Source: Paraspadella gotoi (Eukaryota; Animalia; Chaetognatha). Taken from it: 14,022 nt of DNA. The translations under genes were made by a program, and so were the position numbers. Of this stretch, positions 9,495-14,022 are shown piece by piece; positions within the stretch are counted from its first letter, which is position 1; each line of letters begins with the position of its first letter. Below the pieces are notes generated by a model. The model was not told where the DNA came from. It did no database searches and saw only the letters and a program-made list of their open reading frames with translations. Where the stretch lies: the NCBI GenBank assembly GCA_051294375.1, contig JBJCIZ010001125.1, positions 1-14,022 of the forward strand, in the 5' to 3' direction.

Positions 9495-9848
9495 TCAGTG
9501 TCCATTAGTAGATTTAACTCTCTTCGAAGAATCTCTGTCAAGGTTCGCGACCTGCTGTATAACTAACCGATCTCGAAGACTCGTTTCTCCTGCACTCATA
9601 CTGGTCCGTTGCTCTTAGGCATACCCATCGGTGTTTATCTGTTGCGATTATGGCGGTTTTCTTCCGTTCTCCGCATTTTCAACGGCGATCGCTGTACTTC
9701 GTCTATCGCGACGATTTAATTCGCTATCATATGCCACGGTGTAACTGAGTTTTATGGCGCCAGTTAATATGCGCTGCAGCGGTGTTCGAAAGGTGGCGCT
9801 GCTTTTGATGTCATTCGCGGAATTTAGATCTTCGTCAGAGCAAAGTTT
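9495..9848 (-). pseudogene. Stop-interrupted coding-like frame, possibly a retrotransposon Gag-like remnant
   Basis: 118 codons between two TGAs with only two internal TAA stops (9650-9648, 9617-9615). It is a GC-richer island within AT-rich DNA and contains LRDRLV (9578-9561), reminiscent of the gypsy Gag (I/L)RDRLV motif. Confidence 0.3.
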
Positions 9849-10181
9849 TCATCCAAGATAGTCAGGAGAGAGATTAGGGGAGATAATATGTGTCGCTTGG
9901 AAACGAGAATTAAATAAGGGGTGGAAAAAATTATGAATTATACGAGGCGAGAAAGGTATTTTTCGTTTTTCCTTGGAATATGTGGGAGTATATTCTGATG
10001 ATGGAGATGTGCCAATTGTGTGGTAATGTTTTAGACTTTTGGAAAAATGAGTGTATGTAGTCCTGATACGAGCTGGAATTATAATTCTTGGTCTGATACT
10101 TTTGGAGGAAAAAAAACGGTTTTTCCTTTTGACACTACTGTATTGACAAATCTTCAGTCAAACTCAATTACTTTTTTGAAG

Positions 10182-10300
10182 TCTTCTTTTTTCTTTCTTT
10201 CTCTCTTTCTTTCTTTCTCTTTCTTCATCCTTTCTTTCTTTCTTTCTTTCTTTCTTCTTTCTTCTTATCTTTCTTTTCTTTCTTTATCTTTTCACATTTC
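10182..10300 (+). repeat. Imperfect (TTTC)n tetranucleotide repeat
   Basis: Directly visible. Confidence 0.9.
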
Positions 10301-10439
10301 CTTTTTTTTGTTTGATCATTGGTCTCGATGTTTTGATTATTCTCTCTGCTCTGCTTGTTACATTGTCTCTCTATATACTCCTGAGAAAACTTCTTCCACA
10401 CGATATCATATATTCTTTCATTCTTCTGTTTCTTTCATC

Positions 10440-10779
10440 ATGGACAGTCGTGTGAGATTTCTTCTAAGCGTGGACCAAAACCCAGAAAATACCGCAAGAG
10501 TACGTGTACGCGCGCCTGAGGGAGAGGAGATAACACGGCGAAGAGAGCGAGAGAGACAAGACGCAGAGAGGGACGAGAGACGAGAGAGAGAGGAGAGAGA
10601 ACAGTACGACAGAAGGGTAATTGGACCGGGAAAACAGATGTGAGTGTGAACCAAATTTTTCCTTTTTCTTAATGGAAAAACGCAGGTCGGGGATTTCGTT
10701 AATGGAGAAGAGAGGATTTAACGAGGATTCAAAAGGAAACTTTTTTTCTTTCCGGATAGGATTTCTATTACTGATATAA
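10440..10779 (+). CDS. Candidate two-exon small ORF (10440-10639 + 10686-10779), ~97 aa, unknown product
   Basis: ATG at 10440, donor GTGAGT at 10640, acceptor cgcAG at 10685 (46-nt intron). Splicing removes the in-frame TGA and the frame stays open to TAA at 10779. The central R/E-rich part could be decayed GA repeat. Confidence 0.25.
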
Positions 10780-10785
10780 TATGTA

Positions 10786-10875
10786 CTCTCTCTCTCTCTC
10801 TCATACTTCTCTCATCTTCTCTTCTTCTTAACTCATCATTCTCCATACTCTTCTCTCTCTCTCTAAGGTCTCTCT
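10786..10875 (+). repeat. Imperfect (CT)n tract
   Basis: Directly visible. Confidence 0.85.
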
Positions 10876-11027
10876 GTGTCATCCAGAGATTCAGAATTTG
10901 AAAAAAAATGATTTATGTTTAGTTGAGTGAAAAGCAAATATAACAGGAGTAAAGACTTTGGCTTGAGAATGAAATTGACAGTCGCCCGCTATTGGTCCGA
11001 GGCGATTCGTGAAAAAAGCCAGAGGTA

Positions 11028-11121
11028 AAGAGAGAGAGAGAAGGATATAAGAGATTTTTTGTATTGAGTGAGATCAGAGAGAGAATTTAGAGAGAGAAGA
11101 GAGAGAAGAGAGAGAGAGAAT

Positions 11122-11153
<32 letters not shown>

Positions 11154-11154
11154 C
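11028..11154 (+). repeat. Imperfect (GA)n tracts
   Basis: Directly visible; densest at 11089-11154. Confidence 0.9.
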
Positions 11155-11325
11155 GAGTTAAGGATGGGTAGGGAGAAAGAAAACAAGGGAGTCGCAAGAC
11201 GCGAGATTACATTTCTCCCGAACGAACGAGAGTGCGAGTCGAGATACGAAGGGTGACAGAGTCGGAGGGGAGAAAGAGGAAGGAAAGAAAAATCCTGATA
11301 TGTATCTAAGACAAAGGAAAAGTAC

Positions 11326-11511
11326 GTAAATCGAGAGCGAGAGGGATAACTCTCTCAAAGGCCGAGGTTTAGAAGTCTGTAAGAAATCAGGATATTTGAG
11401 AGGTGAGTCATTTTCCTCCCTTGGAGGGGGTGGTGGGGAACTATAGGGTTGGGGGGAGTGGTTGTTTTTCGAGGGGTCGTAGGGATCGGAGTTCGCCTGA
11501 AGGAGACTCAT
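11326..11511 (-). CDS. Candidate Pro/Ser-rich coding exon within ORF 11158..11631
   Basis: MSLLQANSDPYDPSKNNHSPQPYSSPPPPPREENDSPLKYPDFLQTSKPRPLRELSLSLSIY is non-repetitive and looks like a disordered protein segment. Only a weak donor (GTACTT) follows, and no family motif is recognised. Confidence 0.25.
11426..11456 (+). other. Canonical G-quadruplex-forming motif
   Basis: GGGGG-tggt-GGGG-aactata-GGG-tt-GGGGGG fits (G3+N1-7)3G3+. Confidence 0.6.
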
Positions 11512-11654
11512 CGTCTCGACTCTTCCCCTTTTAATCACCACAGATAAACTCCTTGAAATATTCTCTGCGAAATGAATGCCTGAATATACGAAAGAGCGCG
11601 ACGTGAAAACGTAACGTTCCTCCGGGTACACGCACTTCTACTCGCGTGGTGCGT

Positions 11655-11750
11655 CTTTCTCTCTTCTCTCTCTCCATCTTTTCTCTCTTCTTCTCTACTC
11701 TCTTCTATCTGCTCTACTCTCTCTCCTCTCTTGACTCTCTCTCTCTCTCT
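11655..11750 (+). repeat. Imperfect (CT)n tract
   Basis: Directly visible. Confidence 0.9.
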
Positions 11751-11830
11751 TGATGAAGTTGTACCCATTTTCCTTCTTCTCCCCCATCAATTATCTCCGA
11801 ATTCTTGGTTACTACTCTTACTTCTCTACG

Positions 11831-11970
11831 CAATACTCCTCTCAATCTCCTCTCACTCAATGCTTCTCTCACTCAAATGCTCTTCTACAATTCTTCCTGT
11901 ACTCAATGCTCCTGGTCAGATGCTCCTCTCACTCACATTCTTTCTCAAATGCTCCTCTTCAACTCAATCT
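11831..11970 (+). repeat. Degenerate minisatellite, ~13-17 bp unit, consensus about CTCAATGCTCCTCTCA
   Basis: Variants caatactcctctca, caatctcctctca, caatgcttctctca, caaatgctcttct, caatgctcct, cagatgctcctctca and caaatgctcctctt occur in tandem. Confidence 0.75.
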
Positions 11971-12838
11971 CGCTGGTTATAAGCAACATGGATCCCGTTG
12001 ATTCTTTTCTCTCGTTCAACCGTTCAGACTGTCTCTATTAATTTCCTATGTAGCTGATTACTTGCTATCACTATAGCCTTTACTCTTATAACTTGGTCCT
12101 ACCCTTACCATTTTATATTTTTGTTCCTTCCTTCCACTCCAGTTCACACTCAGTTCTGACCCCTGTCCTTCCTCCTTTTCACCGCTCAACCCTACCACTT
12201 CCGCCGAGCGACTCCGTTCAAACGACACCCACCCTTCGTTGCCAAGAAATTGTCTATACAAAGTCTGCGCTTATAAACCGGGAGTCGGAGGCGTTGTCCC
12301 ACTTCGGCCGGCGTTGGTCCTGGCAACCAATAGGTCGAAAGCTAACTAAAAAATAAAAAGGAAAAAAAAAGCAACTTTTGACTCCTTTTTTGTGTCCTCT
12401 TCCTCTCTCTTTTTCTTTCTCGCTTTCTTCGTCTCTTTAGGTTGTGGCGCCGAAAATCAGTTTGATTCTGAGCCGCCAGGAGCGCTATAGTCGACTTCGG
12501 GTGTTTTACTCGTATTATTGGGGCGACGCGGTTTAGGTGGGAGTAGAGATGGTTTTGAGGAAAGAGATTGAAAGGGATTGGCAGAATGAAAAGAGATGGG
12601 ATTGAATGTTGATGAGATGAGAGCGGGATAACGATGGAAAAAATAAATAAAGAAAACGCCGAATTTGCGGGGTTTGTTTGCGCTAATTTTATATGAATAA
12701 AAAAAAAAAAGAATGATTTTAAAAAAAAAGGGCATAACGATCATGAAATCTGATGAATTTTAATTTTTAATTTCGCCAGCAACCAACGATTAAGCGAAGA
12801 CAAGAAAGAATGTTAGGACGGACCGCGAGAAATCGTCG

Positions 12839-12886
12839 CTCTCTCTCTCTCTCTCTTCTCTCGTCTCTTCTTTCTCTCATCTCTCT

Positions 12887-12920
<34 letters not shown>

Positions 12921-12929
12921 CTCTCTCTC
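12839..12929 (+). repeat. Imperfect (CT)n microsatellite
   Basis: Directly visible. Confidence 0.95.
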
Positions 12930-13520
12930 GCTCACTACGTGTTTCGTTATGATTAACGATTTTTTCATGCGTCTAAACAGAGTGAGTAACTCATCTTCCC
13001 GGTTTTCTCCCCGCGTGAAAACCCCGGATGTCGCTGATGCTCAGGTGCGTCGCGAAAAACATATTCTTCCATCTTGCTCTTTTTTTACTTTGTCATTCTT
13101 CTTTGTTTTTTGTTTTTACCTCTTTTTTTTGTTTTTGTTTTTGTTTTTTTCTTTTGTAAATTTCAATTTAAAAGTTTCATTTTTGGGGGGATTTTAGTTT
13201 ATTTTTTTGCCATTTTTCTTATAAATATGTTTTTTAGGATTTTTTGATTTTGATACGAGCTTTCTGGTTACATCAACAATGTATATTAAACGTACAGTAC
13301 GTACACATTCCTGTAGCGACAAAAACGGAATTCGTTGGAGCGAGAGACTCAACGAGGAAATGGTTGAGACGTTTCTCCCACGCCCCCCTCCTACTCCGCC
13401 GGCGTCGTCTTCGGTGGCGGCGGCGGAAAAAAATCGATTTCAATTTTTGCAAAAAAAAAAAAAAGGGAATGAAGTTGTCAACGACATCTGTTGAGTGCTT
13501 TCGCATCGGAAGAAGGCGAT

Positions 13521-13568
13521 GCGGATGCCAAAGCAGATGCCGACGCAGATGCCGATGCAGATGCCGAC
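13521..13568 (+). repeat. Four tandem copies of a 12-bp unit GCRGATGCCRAH
   Basis: gcggatgccaaa gcagatgccgac gcagatgccgat gcagatgccgac. Confidence 0.9.
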
Positions 13569-13909
13569 GATGGCGACGTCGTCACCACATTGGATTGAGA
13601 AATATTTTTTTTGTTAAACTTCTGATTATGCAGAGGAAAATCACGATGGAAAAAGGCGGATGACTTAAAACATTTTTTTAAGTCGAAATCTTTTTCAAAT
13701 TTCAAAATCTACTGTAAATTAAAAATTCAAAACTGACGTCCCGCTCGCTGATCACGACGACATTGATGAATAGAAACGAAAAGTATTTTCGTTACTAAAT
13801 CTACTTATTTTTCTTTTGGCCGCCCTTCCCTCGTCCTTCTCAAACCCATTATTGGGATAATGACCAAACATTCTTTCAAAGGCATCGGCCGACACCGCCG
13901 TTCGCCGCT

Positions 13910-13960
13910 TCACGGCGCCGCCGCTGCGGCCGATGCGGCCGCCGCGGCCGCCGACGAAGC
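13910..13960. repeat. GC-rich degenerate (GCN)n triplet tract, poly-Ala in one frame on each strand
   Basis: ggcgccgccgctgcggccgatgcggccgccgcggccgccgacg. Confidence 0.7.
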
Positions 13961-14022
13961 CCGAGTCTGGCACCAGCCTTGATTCGCCAACCAATTTGCA
14001 TTTCTTCAAAAAAAAAACTTCG

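Larger units (their letters stand above)
6342..10140. mobile_element. Possible decayed Tc1/mariner-pogo-type non-autonomous insertion (AT-rich block)
   Basis: Starts TA|CAGTAGACCTCCCC exactly where composition switches. CTACTG|TA at 10135-10142 lies just before microsatellite-rich DNA resumes. Only 6 bp of terminal inverted match plus TA, and no transposase ORF. Confidence 0.2.

Noticed and set aside
11831-11970. CRISPR-like array
   Set aside because: Units are short, degenerate and contiguous, without unique spacers; no cas genes, and the context is eukaryote-like.
12445-12465. TGGCGCCGAAAATCAG as an LTR-retrotransposon primer-binding site
   Set aside because: Partial tRNA complementarity only; no preceding LTR end (CA) and no gag ORF downstream.
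13244-13663. Arg/Cys-rich protamine-like 139-aa ORF
   Set aside because: The RCRCR and poly-R runs are alternative frames of the 12-bp and GGC repeats, and the start codon is non-ATG.
13985-14000. ANWL motif as in posterior Hox proteins (minus strand)
   Set aside because: Not followed by a homeodomain; the frame stops within about 25 codons.

Overview
This is gene-poor, low-complexity DNA that looks eukaryotic. I see no prokaryotic operon, CRISPR array, rRNA, intact tRNA or intact transposase/RT ORF. Both flanks (about 1-6340 and 10180-14022) consist of alternating polypurine and polypyrimidine blocks: imperfect (GA)n/(CT)n, (TTTC)n and (GAC/TCG)n repeats and A/T runs, separated by short CpG-rich islands. 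The centre (about 6340-10140) is AT-rich, almost free of microsatellites, and holds short transposon-like debris: a TA|CAGT pogo/Tc1-like end, a Ty3/gypsy RNase H-like motif, a decayed tRNA/SINE-like head, and a stop-interrupted 118-codon frame with a Gag-like LRDRLV motif. Most supplied ORFs are translations of simple repeats (poly-ER, poly-LS, poly-F/K). A few stretches could be spliceosomal exons (1281-1550+, 4318-4407+, 10440-10779+ with a 46-nt intron, 11326-11511-), but none can be assigned to a gene family with confidence. I found no supportable novel biological system; the findings are leads of low to moderate interest.
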